A stretch of 64,000 bases of DNA, from positions 157,360 through 221,359 of the forward strand of contig JBAZRK010000001.1 of NCBI GenBank assembly GCA_041663005.1, written 5' to 3'. Below are positions 38,947-49,179 of the stretch, in pieces. The notes beneath the pieces are model-generated. The model was not told the DNA's origin and did no database searches. It worked only from the letters and a program-made list of their open reading frames with translations. How positions within the stretch are numbered: the stretch's first letter is position 1; the number at the start of each line of letters is the position of its first letter. Position numbers and translations under genes: made by a program. This DNA comes from Minisyncoccota bacterium (GTDB lineage Bacteria > Patescibacteriota > Minisyncoccia > Phycocordibacterales > UBA9973).

Positions 38947-41163
38947 CTACGGTTCGATTTTCGGAATCTTGTGAGGGTTGTGCATTTTACAAGCTTTGTT
39001 GGAACAACGCTCCGGAATCGTTTTCGTTCCTTGCATCATCAGGCTGCCGCACTCCTTGCAAATATTTCCCGTTGGCTTCGCTTTGATAGCAAATTTACAA
39101 TCAGGATAGTTGGAGCAAGAGTAGAAAATACCGAAGCGTCCGCGACGCTCCGAAATGTCCCCGATCTTACAGATAGGACACATAACGCCGGTGCGCTTGC
39201 GCGCTTCTTCGGCTTCGTCTTTCTTAATAAATTTGCACTTTGGATATCGCGAACATGAGATGAAAGTTCCGGTGCCGTCCCGTCGCTCCTTAATTACCAA
39301 TTTGCCTCCACCGGATTTGCCTTTCTTTTCTCCGCAGTCGGGACACATTTCTCCGGTTTCGGCTGGTCCCTTTAACTCCGTACCATCAAGCATTAACGCG
39401 CCATCGCAGTCGGGATACTTGGTGCATGAATAAAATTTGCCTCCACGTGAAAGCTTTATAATCATCCCACTGCCGCATTTCGGACATTTGATATGCTCTG
39501 GGGCTTCGCCCAAGTTGGTCGCCTTTTCTAATTTCTCTTTGAGTTTCACCTCCTTGAGGAATGGGCCATAGAAATCTTTCAATGTTTTCTCATACTCACG
39601 TTCGCCACGAGAGATTTCATCGAGCTCGTCCTCCATTTCGGCGGTGAATGTGTCAGAAATATAATTCGAGAAATGTTTTTCCAAAAAGTCGGAGACTACC
39701 TCTCCGGTGTCAGTGGGGAACAATGTTTTACCTTCTTTCTTCACGTACCCGCGTTCCTCAATCGTGCGCATAATTGAAGCGTAGGTAGAAGGGCGCCCTA
39801 TGCCACGTCCCTCAAGCTCCTTGACGAGCCCAGCTTCACTGTACCTGCCTGGCGGTTCGGTAAATTTCTCTTCGCTAATTAAATTTAGCAATCGCAAATG
39901 CTCACCTGGCTTGCAGGCTGGTAATTCTACGTCGTCGCCTCGGGCACCGGTGTCCACTGCGAGCCACCCAGGAAATAAAAGCCTAGAGCCAGTAGCGCCG
40001 AATTCCGGCAAGTCTTCATGGCCTTCGATTACTGCAGTAATTTTAGTCTTCAAAAGTTTCGCGTCAGACATTTGCGAGGAGACAGCCCTTTCCCAGATAA
40101 GTCGGTAGAGCTTGTCGTAATCCTCGTGTCCCGAGTGGAGCTTCTCTATATGTGTCGGTCGAATTGCTTCGTGGGCCTCTTGGGCATTTTTCGATTTAGT
40201 TTTAAAAATTTTAGCTTCGGCGTATTCTGGGCCATATTCCTTTTTCACGAATGCTAGGATTTGTTCTTGAGCGACCTTCGAAACATTAGTGCTGTCGGTA
40301 CGCATATATGTAATGTGTCCGGCCTCATAAAGCTTCTGGGCTATTTGCATTGTGCGTGAAGGGGAGTATCCCAGTCGAGAGCTTGCTGTCTGCTGGAGGG
40401 TCGAAGTAGTGAACGGCGCACGCGATGCGCGCTTCTGTTCACTCTCTTTAACACCTTTAACCAACCAGGAACCCTTCTTGCCTTCTGTAAGAATTTTCTC
40501 AACGAGTTTCTCGTCACGAGGCTCCTCAGCACATTCGAGGGTTAGCTTCGCTTCGCTTTGTGTTTCAAATAATCCGACAATTCTCCAAAATTTTTCTGGG
40601 ACGAAAGCTCGGATTTCACGTTCTCGCTCCATTATTATCCGCAGTGCTGGCGATTGGACACGTCCGGCGGAGAGTCCATAACGGACCTTCTTCCAAATAA
40701 GCCCCGACAAATCATAGCCAACCAAACGATCGAGTACTCGACGCGCTTCTTGTGCTTTACGTAAAGCTGTGTCAATTTTCCTTGGATGCAACAAGGCTTC
40801 TTCGACAGCTTCCTTGGTGATTTCGTGGAAGGTGACTCGCTCAATGGGCGCTTTAACTTTCTTGTCTTCTTTAAGTAAGGTTTCAATATGCCAAGCAATA
40901 GCCTCGCCCTCTCGGTCGGGGTCTGTGGCTAGCATTACTTCAGTGGCCTTGGCCGCAAGGTGCTGCAGTTCGTGGACGACTTTTTCTTTGCCTTTTGAAA
41001 TCTCATAATTTGGAACAAAGCCTGCCTCGATATCGATTGCTTTCTTATTTGATTTAGGGAGATCGCGAATATGTCCCACGGAAGCGCGCACAGTGAAAGC
41101 GCCTTCGAGATATTTCTCAATAGTTTTCGCTTTCGATGGGGACTCAACGATTAATAACTTCAT
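38947..41163 (-). CDS. topA: DNA topoisomerase I
   Basis: IVESPSK, ATDPDREGE, SAGRVQ, ITYMRTD, C-terminal Zn ribbons. Confidence 0.97.
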   Translation of the reverse strand: MKLLIVESPSKAKTIEKYLEGAFTVRASVGHIRDLPKSNKKAIDIEAGFVPNYEISKGKEKVVHELQHLAAKATEVMLATDPDREGEAIAWHIETLLKEDKKVKAPIERVTFHEITKEAVEEALLHPRKIDTALRKAQEARRVLDRLVGYDLSGLIWKKVRYGLSAGRVQSPALRIIMEREREIRAFVPEKFWRIVGLFETQSEAKLTLECAEEPRDEKLVEKILTEGKKGSWLVKGVKESEQKRASRAPFTTSTLQQTASSRLGYSPSRTMQIAQKLYEAGHITYMRTDSTNVSKVAQEQILAFVKKEYGPEYAEAKIFKTKSKNAQEAHEAIRPTHIEKLHSGHEDYDKLYRLIWERAVSSQMSDAKLLKTKITAVIEGHEDLPEFGATGSRLLFPGWLAVDTGARGDDVELPACKPGEHLRLLNLISEEKFTEPPGRYSEAGLVKELEGRGIGRPSTYASIMRTIEERGYVKKEGKTLFPTDTGEVVSDFLEKHFSNYISDTFTAEMEDELDEISRGEREYEKTLKDFYGPFLKEVKLKEKLEKATNLGEAPEHIKCPKCGSGMIIKLSRGGKFYSCTKYPDCDGALMLDGTELKGPAETGEMCPDCGEKKGKSGGGKLVIKERRDGTGTFISCSRYPKCKFIKKDEAEEARKRTGVMCPICKIGDISERRGRFGIFYSCSNYPDCKFAIKAKPTGNICKECGSLMMQGTKTIPERCSNKACKMHNPHKIPKIEP

Positions 41164-41224
41164 ACTCTTATCGGGTAAGTATTACACGAAAAAGTTTTCA
41201 AATGCAAATTGAAAAAGTTTTTTC

Positions 41225-42085
41225 CTAGAGATTAAGACGCATTTCACCAAGTTCCTCGATTAGTAATTCGCGTATTTCCATAGCCGAGAGCAGGGCGTTG
41301 GCTTTAGGTGTTGGCATCTTCATTGCTCGTATTAAATCATCTCGGGGCATTGGTTCACGGAGAAGTTCAGTTACGATTTTTTCTTCCGGAGATAAGTCGA
41401 GAAATAGCTTTTTTTGGCGTTCTTCTTTTGGTAATTCGAAGCCCAAGGCATCCAGGACTTCTTCCGAGGAAGTTATCGGGGTCGCACCTTGGCGCAGGAG
41501 TCTGTTGGTGCCCTTGGAATTGGGGGAAAAGATGGAACCGGGGACGGCTAGGAGGTCCCTATTGTATTCGGTAGTAAGCCTGGCGGTAATGAGAGTCCCA
41601 GAACGTTCCTCCGCTTCGATAATTAAAACCGCTTTTGAAATTCCTGCCATTAATCTGTTGCGCTTAGCAAAGCCCCACAGGGTCGCCTTGAAGTCGGGTT
41701 CAAATTCGGAAATTAAACATCCGCCTTTCTGTAAAATTTCCCTGGCGAGCTTCACGTTTGTTTTCGGGTACATTGCTCCTTCGCTTAGGCCTGAGCCCGG
41801 GAATACCAGAGTTTTCAAACCAACCTCCAGAGCTTTCGTGTGCGCGATAGCGTCAATACCCATCGCGAGACCTGAGACGATTACAATAGGGTAGCCTTTT
41901 AACCCGGCGACAATCTTCTCGCAAGCTTCCTTGCCGTAGGAGGTAAATTTTCGCGAGCCCACTACACATAAGTACACTAAATTCTCAAGGGGCATCTCTC
42001 CTAGCACCCATAAATTTTCCGGTGGCTCCGGAATTTCTAAGAGTGCTTTAGGAAATTCCGCTTTCGGAAGCTTTTTAATCTCCAT
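41225..42085 (-). CDS. dprA: DNA-processing protein DprA
   Basis: VVGSR, VSGLAMGID, RNR, SGTLITA, VPGSI. Confidence 0.95.
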   Translation of the reverse strand: MEIKKLPKAEFPKALLEIPEPPENLWVLGEMPLENLVYLCVVGSRKFTSYGKEACEKIVAGLKGYPIVIVSGLAMGIDAIAHTKALEVGLKTLVFPGSGLSEGAMYPKTNVKLAREILQKGGCLISEFEPDFKATLWGFAKRNRLMAGISKAVLIIEAEERSGTLITARLTTEYNRDLLAVPGSIFSPNSKGTNRLLRQGATPITSSEEVLDALGFELPKEERQKKLFLDLSPEEKIVTELLREPMPRDDLIRAMKMPTPKANALLSAMEIRELLIEELGEMRLNL

Positions 42086-42121
42086 TTTGTAATTATAACA
42101 ATTTTGGTATACAATATATAG

Positions 42122-43432
42122 ATGTTAGATATAAAATTCATTCGCGAAAACAAGGATATCGTAGCTTCAGGTGCCAAGAAAAAGCACATTGAGGTGGATA
42201 TCGAGAAGCTCATATCCCTCGACGACGAACGACTCAAGGAATTGAAGGAAGTCGAAGAACTTCGCAGTGAAGTAAATCGAGTTTCGAATGATATAGCTCG
42301 CGACCAAGACCCTCAACTTAAACTCCAGCTGATTGAAGAAATGCGAGTTGTTAAAGAAGATATAAAAAAGAAAGAGGAGAAGCTTAAACAGACAGTGGAA
42401 GAATGGCAGAAAATTATGCTAAAAATTCCGAACATTCCGTCGGTGGACACTCCGGAAGGCGATGATGATAAAGGGAACCAAGTAATACGAAGCTTTGGAG
42501 AAAAACGACAATTCTCCTTCACTCCGAAAGAGCATGATGTTTTAGGGAAAGCTCTCGGTCTCATCGATACCGAGACCGCCGCCGAAGTTGCTGCATCGAG
42601 GTACTCGTATTTAAAGGGAGATTTAGTGTTGATGCAGTTTGCTTTGATTCAGATGTGCCTGGAAATTCTAACTAATGAAGAGATCTTGAAAAAAATCGCC
42701 GAGGAGACCGGCGTATCAGTAGACATTCGAAAATTTACCCCCGTGATTCCACCGGTTTTCATTCGGCCACTGGTCCAGGTGAAAATGGCGAGGTTTATGA
42801 CGCCGGAAGAGCATTACATCTTCCCGAATGACGACCTAATGCTCATAGGTAGCGCGGAGCACACAATGGGCTCAATGCATATGAATAAAATTTTCGAAGA
42901 AAAAGATTTACCTATTCGCTATGCCGGGTATTCTACGGCTTTCCGTCGCGAGGCGGGCGCTGCAGGTAAGGACACTTCAGGCATACTCCGCCAGCATCAA
43001 TTTGATAAATTAGAGATGGAAGTTTTTTCATTACCTGAAAATTCTATGCAGGAGCAAAATTTCCTAGTTGCTATACAGGAATATATATTAAATACGCTCG
43101 GGCTTCCGTATCAAGTGGTTATGGTTTGCACCGGTGATATGGGTTTCCCTGACAGCAGGCAGATAGACATTGAGACCTGGATGCCAGGACAGAATAAATA
43201 TCGCGAGACCCATAGTGCTGATTCTACGGGGGGCTTCCAATCCAGACGCCTGAATACCCGCGTCCGCCGAGCTGACGGCAAGATTGAACCTGTACATATG
43301 AACGACGCTACTGTGCTAGCTATGGGCCGAGCGCTTATCGCCATAATGGAAAACTATCAGCAAGAAGATGGTAGTATTGCCATACCAGAAGTATTACGAA
43401 AATATATGGGTGGTAGGGAAGTTATTAAATAA
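42122..43432 (+). CDS. serS: Seryl-tRNA synthetase
   Basis: MLDIKFIREN, FRREAG, RQHQFDKLE, DIETWMPG. Confidence 0.96.
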   Translation: MLDIKFIRENKDIVASGAKKKHIEVDIEKLISLDDERLKELKEVEELRSEVNRVSNDIARDQDPQLKLQLIEEMRVVKEDIKKKEEKLKQTVEEWQKIMLKIPNIPSVDTPEGDDDKGNQVIRSFGEKRQFSFTPKEHDVLGKALGLIDTETAAEVAASRYSYLKGDLVLMQFALIQMCLEILTNEEILKKIAEETGVSVDIRKFTPVIPPVFIRPLVQVKMARFMTPEEHYIFPNDDLMLIGSAEHTMGSMHMNKIFEEKDLPIRYAGYSTAFRREAGAAGKDTSGILRQHQFDKLEMEVFSLPENSMQEQNFLVAIQEYILNTLGLPYQVVMVCTGDMGFPDSRQIDIETWMPGQNKYRETHSADSTGGFQSRRLNTRVRRADGKIEPVHMNDATVLAMGRALIAIMENYQQEDGSIAIPEVLRKYMGGREVIK

Positions 43433-43435
43433 ACG

Positions 43436-44302
43436 ATGAAGAACAGCGTTTTAAATTCTCCACGACTCACTGAACTAAAGAAGCGCCGCAGGCGCGCTTT
43501 TTTAAATAGATTTCTGGTTTACGTGGTTTTATTTGTCGGAGTCGTCGCTCTCTCGGCATATCTCTCACGCTTACCGGGAATAAATATTGAGACCATTGAG
43601 ACCGAAGGTAACAACATTGTGGACTCACAGGTTATTACTTCTTTAGTAGAAAATGAAATGGCCGGAAAATATTTATGGTTATTTCCAAAGACCAATGTAC
43701 TGTTCTATCCAAAAGATAGGATTAAGGAGGTCCTAGCTCAAGAAGAGAGGCGCTTGGGCGAAATTACTTTGTCAGTGAAAAATAATCGTGTCCTCCATAT
43801 TAAAGTTTCAGAACGGGAACCGCTCTATACTTGGTGCGGAGAAAGTCTGCCGATTTCGGGCGGTGAAAGTTCGAAATGCTTTTTCTTAGACAAAGAAGGC
43901 TATATATTTGATGAGGCTCCATACTTCTCGGGTGATGTTTATTTCAAATTTTACGGAGCTAAAGGTGTAACAGTATTAAAGCCAACGGGGTCCTACTTCG
44001 CTCAAGAAAATTTTGCCAACCTGACACAGTTTAAGGAGGCGGTTCGAGAGCTCAAGCTAAATCCGGTAGCTCTGTATTTGAAAGAAGACGGCGACGTAGA
44101 GCTCTTCCTTTCGAGCACGGTAAATCCAGAGCCAATGATTCTATTTCGGGCTGACGCCAATACAGAGGACCTGTCCGAAAATTTAGCGGCTGCTTTAGGC
44201 ACCGAGCCCTTAAAAACCAAGATGGAGAAACAGTACCCGAAACTTGAATATTTAGACCTTCGTTTTGATAATAAAGTTTACAGTAAATTCTCGCCGCAAT
44301 AA
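43436..44302 (+). CDS. FtsQ/DivIB-like bitopic protein
   Basis: Basic N-terminus, TM, POTRA-like region, VSEREP, C-terminal YLDLRF. Confidence 0.72.
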   Translation: MKNSVLNSPRLTELKKRRRRAFLNRFLVYVVLFVGVVALSAYLSRLPGINIETIETEGNNIVDSQVITSLVENEMAGKYLWLFPKTNVLFYPKDRIKEVLAQEERRLGEITLSVKNNRVLHIKVSEREPLYTWCGESLPISGGESSKCFFLDKEGYIFDEAPYFSGDVYFKFYGAKGVTVLKPTGSYFAQENFANLTQFKEAVRELKLNPVALYLKEDGDVELFLSSTVNPEPMILFRADANTEDLSENLAAALGTEPLKTKMEKQYPKLEYLDLRFDNKVYSKFSPQ

Positions 44303-44303
44303 T

Positions 44304-45257
44304 ATGAAAAATTTCTGGAACGATTTAAAGAAACCGATTTTCTGTTTAGCACCGATGGCAGATGTGACGGACTGTGCTTTTAGGAAAATGATAGCTCATC
44401 ACGGTAAACCCGACATTTTCTGGACTGAGTTCGTGTCTGCGGACGGCTTGGCTCACCCCGAAGCCAGAGAGAAATTACTCATTGACCTCAAGTATAGCGA
44501 GACGGAGCACCCGATTGTGGCGCAAATTTTCGGTTCAAACGCTGACAACATTCGCGAAGCCTCGGCGCTCTGTAAAAAGCTCGGCTTTGATGGCATTGAT
44601 ATAAATATGGGCTGCCCAGACAGGTTAATAGAGAAGCAAGGATCGGGTGCTGCTATGATTAAAACCCCTGCCAAAGCTCGTGAAATTATCCGAGCAGCGA
44701 AAGAAGGGGCCGGAGGTTTGCCCGTGTCTGTGAAAACTCGCATCGGGTACAACAAAAATGAAATCGATAAATGGGTCTCTGAACTTCTGTCCGAAGACAT
44801 CGCAGCACTTACCGTACACCTGCGGACGAGGAAAGAGATGTCGAATGTGCCCGCGCACTGGGATTTGATGAAAAGTGTGATTGAAATCAGAAATAAAATA
44901 AATCCGAAAATTCTAATCCTTGGCAACGGTGACGCTGAGAGCGTAGCGGATGCAAAAAATAAAATAGAGGAAACAGGATGCGACGGAGTTATGCTTGGGC
45001 GCGCTATTTTCGGCAACCCATGGCTCTTTGCCGGACGGACACCTTCTCTCAAGGAAAAACTAGAAGTAATGATAGAACACACGAAACTTTTCGAAGAACT
45101 CCTCGGTGGATTAAAGAACTTTGCAATTATGAAGAAACACTACAAGGCATATGTGAATGGCTTCGACGGTGCCAAAGAGCTCCGAATGAAACTTATGGAG
45201 GCCGAGAATGCTTCCGAAGTTGCGTCCATTACTAATGATTTTTTAGCTCAAATCTGA
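44304..45257 (+). CDS. dus: tRNA-dihydrouridine synthase
   Basis: LAPMADVTD, DINMGCP, SVKTRIG, VHLRT, GNGD. Confidence 0.94.
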   Translation: MKNFWNDLKKPIFCLAPMADVTDCAFRKMIAHHGKPDIFWTEFVSADGLAHPEAREKLLIDLKYSETEHPIVAQIFGSNADNIREASALCKKLGFDGIDINMGCPDRLIEKQGSGAAMIKTPAKAREIIRAAKEGAGGLPVSVKTRIGYNKNEIDKWVSELLSEDIAALTVHLRTRKEMSNVPAHWDLMKSVIEIRNKINPKILILGNGDAESVADAKNKIEETGCDGVMLGRAIFGNPWLFAGRTPSLKEKLEVMIEHTKLFEELLGGLKNFAIMKKHYKAYVNGFDGAKELRMKLMEAENASEVASITNDFLAQI

Positions 45258-45269
45258 TAGGATACCTTT

Positions 45270-46316
45270 ATGCACGACCTAGCGCTTTACCGTAAATATC
45301 GGCCGAAAAAATGGAAGGAGGTTATGGGCCAGGACCACATTGTGGATGTGTTGAAAAGCTCAGTGGAAGCAAATAAAGTCTCGCACGCCTACCTCTTTGT
45401 CGGCTCCAGGGGCACAGGGAAGACTACTCTAGCGCGAATATTTGCCGAAAGCATTGGGGTGTCTGGGAGCGACCTGTATGAAATAGACGCTGCGTCTAAT
45501 CGTGGGATCGACGACATCAAGGAACTTCGAGACGGGGTGCGAGTCTTGCCTTTCGATTCTAAATATAAAATTTATATCATCGACGAGGTGCATATGCTCT
45601 CGAAGGACGCTTGGGGAGCGCTCCTTAAAACACTCGAGGAGCCACCGAAGCACGTAATTTTCATTATGGCGACCACGGAGCTCCATAAAGTTCCCGAAAC
45701 AATTATTTCTCGTTGCCAAGTTTTCACCTTCAAAAAAGCCTCTGACAGTGTTTCGAGAAAAATGGCTATTGAAGTTGCGAAGAAAGAGGGCTTCGAGCTT
45801 GACGCCGGGAGTGCTGAACTCCTAGCCATACTTGCGGACGGCTCTTTCCGCGACCTCTTAGGAGAAATTCAGAAGGTGCTCAATTTCTACGGACAGACTA
45901 AAAGTAAAAAAATAAAGAGGGAAGACGTTGAGAAGATTACTGGCGCTCCGAAAACAGCCCTAGTGAACGATTTCCTTTCCGCCCTAGCAGAAAATAACAT
46001 TGAACAGGGGCTGGGAGCCATACGAGAAGCCGCTGACGGTAACCTGGATATGAAATTATTCCTGAAATTAATTATTCAAAAATTTCGAATGGCTATCATT
46101 CTCCGCTATGCTCCTAAAATGCAGGATACTATGGCGGGCAACCTGGCGGAAACAGATTTGAAATTTCTACGAGAACTTGTGGCTAAGGATTTGGAAGGAA
46201 TGCTCCGCTCCAGCGGCCTCGCTGTACTCCTTGATGCGTATCAGAATATGGACAACGCCTTCATAGTGGAACTACCCCTCGAACTAGCATTAATTAAAAT
46301 TCTAAAGAAAGAGTAA
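45270..46316 (+). CDS. dnaX: DNA polymerase III gamma/tau (short form)
   Basis: LYRKYRP, GSRGTGKT, DAASN, IDEVHML, SRC. Confidence 0.95.
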   Translation: MHDLALYRKYRPKKWKEVMGQDHIVDVLKSSVEANKVSHAYLFVGSRGTGKTTLARIFAESIGVSGSDLYEIDAASNRGIDDIKELRDGVRVLPFDSKYKIYIIDEVHMLSKDAWGALLKTLEEPPKHVIFIMATTELHKVPETIISRCQVFTFKKASDSVSRKMAIEVAKKEGFELDAGSAELLAILADGSFRDLLGEIQKVLNFYGQTKSKKIKREDVEKITGAPKTALVNDFLSALAENNIEQGLGAIREAADGNLDMKLFLKLIIQKFRMAIILRYAPKMQDTMAGNLAETDLKFLRELVAKDLEGMLRSSGLAVLLDAYQNMDNAFIVELPLELALIKILKKE

Positions 46317-46790
46317 ATGAAAGAATATAAACCTATTGGCACACCTGAGGCAAACGAGGATTCTAAGGAGGAATTAAAAAAATTACTTTCGAATTTGCCT
46401 CCAGAAGAACAGCGGGACAGGTGGTCAGGAGGACCGGACGCCATAGAAGAAGATGCCGCAAAATATACGGACTTAAGTGAACTAAATCAACCAGGATTTG
46501 AACGTAATCTTGAAATTTTGCTTAAACTTGCTTCGAAAACGCAAGAGTGGGCAGATAGGCTTAAGATTTTCAATAATATTTCTCGAGCAAACGCAATGGT
46601 GGCAGCGAAAATCTTACTCAAAGAAATACTCAGTTATAGCACTAACATAGCACCGGAGCTCAATAATATTAGAAGCTACGGCAGAAAGGAGGAGCAGGAA
46701 GAACTTTCTAAAATTGAGAATAGAATTATGGATATTAAAAAAGCTGTTACTGCCATGGTTGTAAATAGGACACTAAACGATATTGAGTAG
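46317..46790 (+). CDS. Hypothetical protein
   Basis: Abuts the dnaX stop; no motif recognised. Confidence 0.6.
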   Translation: MKEYKPIGTPEANEDSKEELKKLLSNLPPEEQRDRWSGGPDAIEEDAAKYTDLSELNQPGFERNLEILLKLASKTQEWADRLKIFNNISRANAMVAAKILLKEILSYSTNIAPELNNIRSYGRKEEQEELSKIENRIMDIKKAVTAMVVNRTLNDIE

Positions 46791-46859
46791 GTGAGTCAGT
46801 AAACTCACTGATAGTGCTTAATTTTTGGGGCGAAATATGCTAATCTGAATATGTTTTAT

Positions 46860-46930
46860 TGGGAGATCGTCTAACGGTAGGACAGCGGCCTTTGAAGCCG
46901 TGAATCTTGGTTCGATTCCAAGTCTCCCAG
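46860..46930 (+). tRNA. tRNA-Gln(TTG)
   Basis: Acceptor tgggaga/tctccca; gcggc-ctTTGaa-gccgt; GGTTCGATTCC. Confidence 0.95.
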
Positions 46931-47015
46931 CCCTTCCTCCCCCGGTCGTCAGGGCCTTCGGCACTGACATACAGGTGGTCAATTACTTGTTGTGAATTTT
47001 AAAAAATTAACGGGT

Positions 47016-47264
47016 ATGAAAAAACAGATTCTAAAAATTATGGGTTGGGCAGCGGTGGCACTAATTATTCCTTTGCTAGGCAATATCTACGTAGAAGGTT
47101 GGAATTGGGAATGGAATGATTTCCTATTCGCTTGGGTATTCTGGGTGGTGATGGGCACCTCGATTCTTTTTCTCACAAAGCGAGCCGGGAAATATCGCAC
47201 ACTCGTTGGTATCGCAGTGTTTCTTTTCTTCGCCGCTATTTGGATAACTTTAGCAACAGGCTAG
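47016..47264 (+). CDS. Small three-TM membrane protein
   Basis: LIIPL...GWNWEWNDFLFA...IWITLATG; start uncertain (46992 or 47016). Confidence 0.65.
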   Translation: MKKQILKIMGWAAVALIIPLLGNIYVEGWNWEWNDFLFAWVFWVVMGTSILFLTKRAGKYRTLVGIAVFLFFAAIWITLATG

Positions 47265-47279
47265 GAAGATATTCAGTAG

Positions 47280-47597
47280 TTACATACCCTCATCTTCGAG
47301 CGCTTTGTCGTGGAATTTGCTGAGCTCAGCAATTGAGATATGTCGACCTTGGTCCTTGCACAAGCCTACGTATTCTTCAACGGTGCTGTCGTAAACAATC
47401 TTCTTGCTGTCATCACGGATTCTAACCCGAGCAATTTTGTTCTCAGAGAAATAGGGGAGTAAGTGGTAACGATTTTCTTCCAAACCCCGGATGAGTTCTG
47501 ACTCAGCAAATCGGTGAGCCTCAAGCTCTTTCGGGGTAAGCGCTACTTTACCATCGTGCTTGCTAGTAATGGGATTGTCACTCATTTTTTCTGCCAT
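47280..47597 (-). CDS. Hypothetical protein
   Basis: 105-aa ORF filling the gap. Confidence 0.55.
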   Translation of the reverse strand: MAEKMSDNPITSKHDGKVALTPKELEAHRFAESELIRGLEENRYHLLPYFSENKIARVRIRDDSKKIVYDSTVEEYVGLCKDQGRHISIAELSKFHDKALEDEGM

Positions 47598-47633
47598 AGC
47601 TAAATCATATTACTATTTAGAAGGTTAGGCAAG

Positions 47634-47663
47634 AAAAAAGGGGCCCGGGTGAGCCTCTTTTTT
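47634..47663 (-). terminator. Intrinsic terminator after the DUF5666-like gene
   Basis: A-run, GC-rich hairpin, T-run. Confidence 0.6.
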
Positions 47664-47686
47664 ATTTAACACAGGAGAAGATTCAA

Positions 47687-48487
47687 TTATTTGAACCAGA
47701 ACCAGTGTCGAATTTTGCCAAGCCAGCCATTGTTGCTGGGTTTGTCATCTTTCCTTGGTTTACCGTTTACGTCGTCATTATCACTGTCCTTGTCGCTGTC
47801 AGCGGTAATTTTAGTTGCGCTAACTACGCTACCGTCAGCATTTAGGTTTCCAGAGATAGAAACTTTATCTCCTTCATCAAGGGACGCAAGAGAACTTGCG
47901 GAACCATCGAGAAGGATTACGGTCGAGCTAGAGACTGCTACATTAATGTCGCGGCCACCTGGAAGTTCGATGCTGATAACTTTATCACCTTCATCAATTG
48001 ATTTAATTTCACCTCTCCAGAAAGTTTTACTTTCTACAGTACCGCCAATGAGAGCCTGGCTAACAATATGGTCGGCGTTAACCACTATCGAGGAACTTGA
48101 GGAAGAATCAATGTCGCCTGCGAAGCTAATTTTGTCGCCAGCCTTCAAGTCGCTAACTTTCGCATCACTTGAACCGTTAACTTTAGTATCGGAATCGACG
48201 TTCACTACGAAGTTAAGAACACTGCTACCAAATGAGGCGGTTGCTTTAACCACGCTCTCGGTCACAGAAACAACTTTCGCTCCCAAGACTCGCAAGGCGC
48301 CGTTAGGCCCGAGGACTACGCCAGTGGCAGACTCAAGATTTACCAAAGCGTCAGCTTTAAGTGAGGATCGCGCATTCATATACGCGTTTCCGTTGTTATT
48401 GTCAGCCTTGGCAGGACCAGCCACTGCTAGAAGCCCAAGAAACGAGAACACAATAAAACCTTTTGCAATATTCTTTAGATTTTTCAT
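47687..48487 (-). CDS. Secreted protein with two DUF5666-like OB-fold repeats
   Basis: Signal peptide; two units VxVxSxTxI...DLxxGDKISxxG...A..I. Confidence 0.7.
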   Translation of the reverse strand: MKNLKNIAKGFIVFSFLGLLAVAGPAKADNNNGNAYMNARSSLKADALVNLESATGVVLGPNGALRVLGAKVVSVTESVVKATASFGSSVLNFVVNVDSDTKVNGSSDAKVSDLKAGDKISFAGDIDSSSSSSIVVNADHIVSQALIGGTVESKTFWRGEIKSIDEGDKVISIELPGGRDINVAVSSSTVILLDGSASSLASLDEGDKVSISGNLNADGSVVSATKITADSDKDSDNDDVNGKPRKDDKPSNNGWLGKIRHWFWFK

Positions 48488-48555
48488 AATATTTTTCTAC
48501 TTGCTAATTAATAATGTTTATAATGCGGGGGTACAATAACCCCCTTAGTAGATAA

Positions 48556-48582
48556 AGACGTACGACTAAAGGAAAACTTACC
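48556..48582 (-). promoter_or_regulatory. Candidate ECF promoter driving the DUF5666-like gene
   Basis: Minus strand GGTAAGT-N13-TACGTCT. Confidence 0.65.
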
Positions 48583-48604
48583 TCGGCTGAAACTATGTTA
48601 TTAT

Positions 48605-48631
48605 GGTAAGTATTTACAGGCCTTTACGTCT
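48605..48631 (+). promoter_or_regulatory. Candidate ECF autoregulatory promoter
   Basis: GGTAAGT-N13-TACGTCT, 6 nt before ATG 48638. Confidence 0.7.
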
Positions 48632-48637
48632 GCTTAT

Positions 48638-49168
48638 ATGGATTCAAATACAAGACAAATAAAGAAGATTTTTGAAAAGGCATATGCGGAGAACACGGAT
48701 GCGCTGTTTCGTTTCGCCTTGTATCGGGTTTCCGACCGAGAAATCGCCATAGACATCGTCGAAGATGCTTATGTCCGCTTCTGGCAGACACTCGAAAAGG
48801 AGGAGGTTAAGGAGCCTCGAGCTTTTCTATTTAAACTCACCCGCAATTTAATAATCGACTGGTATAGAAAGAGGAAGAGCGTACCAATTCAAGACTTCAG
48901 TGAAGGTGGCGCAGAAGGTGAGCGAGCAGAAATTTTTATGGATATGTTTGAAGGCAACATCCCTGGAGCGGACGTTGACCTCGAAGCAAGGCTTCTGGTA
49001 GAAAAGATACGAGAGCTCGAGCCAATATACCGCGAGGCTGTTTATCTCAGATACGTAGAGGAGCTTAGCCCGAAGGAGATATCAGCCATTACCGGAGAGC
49101 CTACTAACCTTATTTCTGTCCGTATCAACAGGGGACTCAAGTTGCTTAAAGCCGCCCTTCATATATAA
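48638..49168 (+). CDS. ECF RNA polymerase sigma factor
   Basis: Region 2 AIDIVEDAY..RNLIIDWYRK; region 4 LRYVEELSPKEIS..VRINRG. Confidence 0.94.
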   Translation: MDSNTRQIKKIFEKAYAENTDALFRFALYRVSDREIAIDIVEDAYVRFWQTLEKEEVKEPRAFLFKLTRNLIIDWYRKRKSVPIQDFSEGGAEGERAEIFMDMFEGNIPGADVDLEARLLVEKIRELEPIYREAVYLRYVEELSPKEISAITGEPTNLISVRINRGLKLLKAALHI

Positions 49169-49179
49169 AATATAATAAA

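Noticed and set aside
39439-39454. parS-like tccacgtgaaa in topA
   Set aside because: Only 11 of 16 consensus positions match, the outer arms are absent, and it lies in coding sequence.
47691-48539. 282-aa plus-strand ORF
   Set aside because: Antisense shadow of the signal-peptide DUF5666-like gene; Ser/Leu/Thr-rich with no motif.
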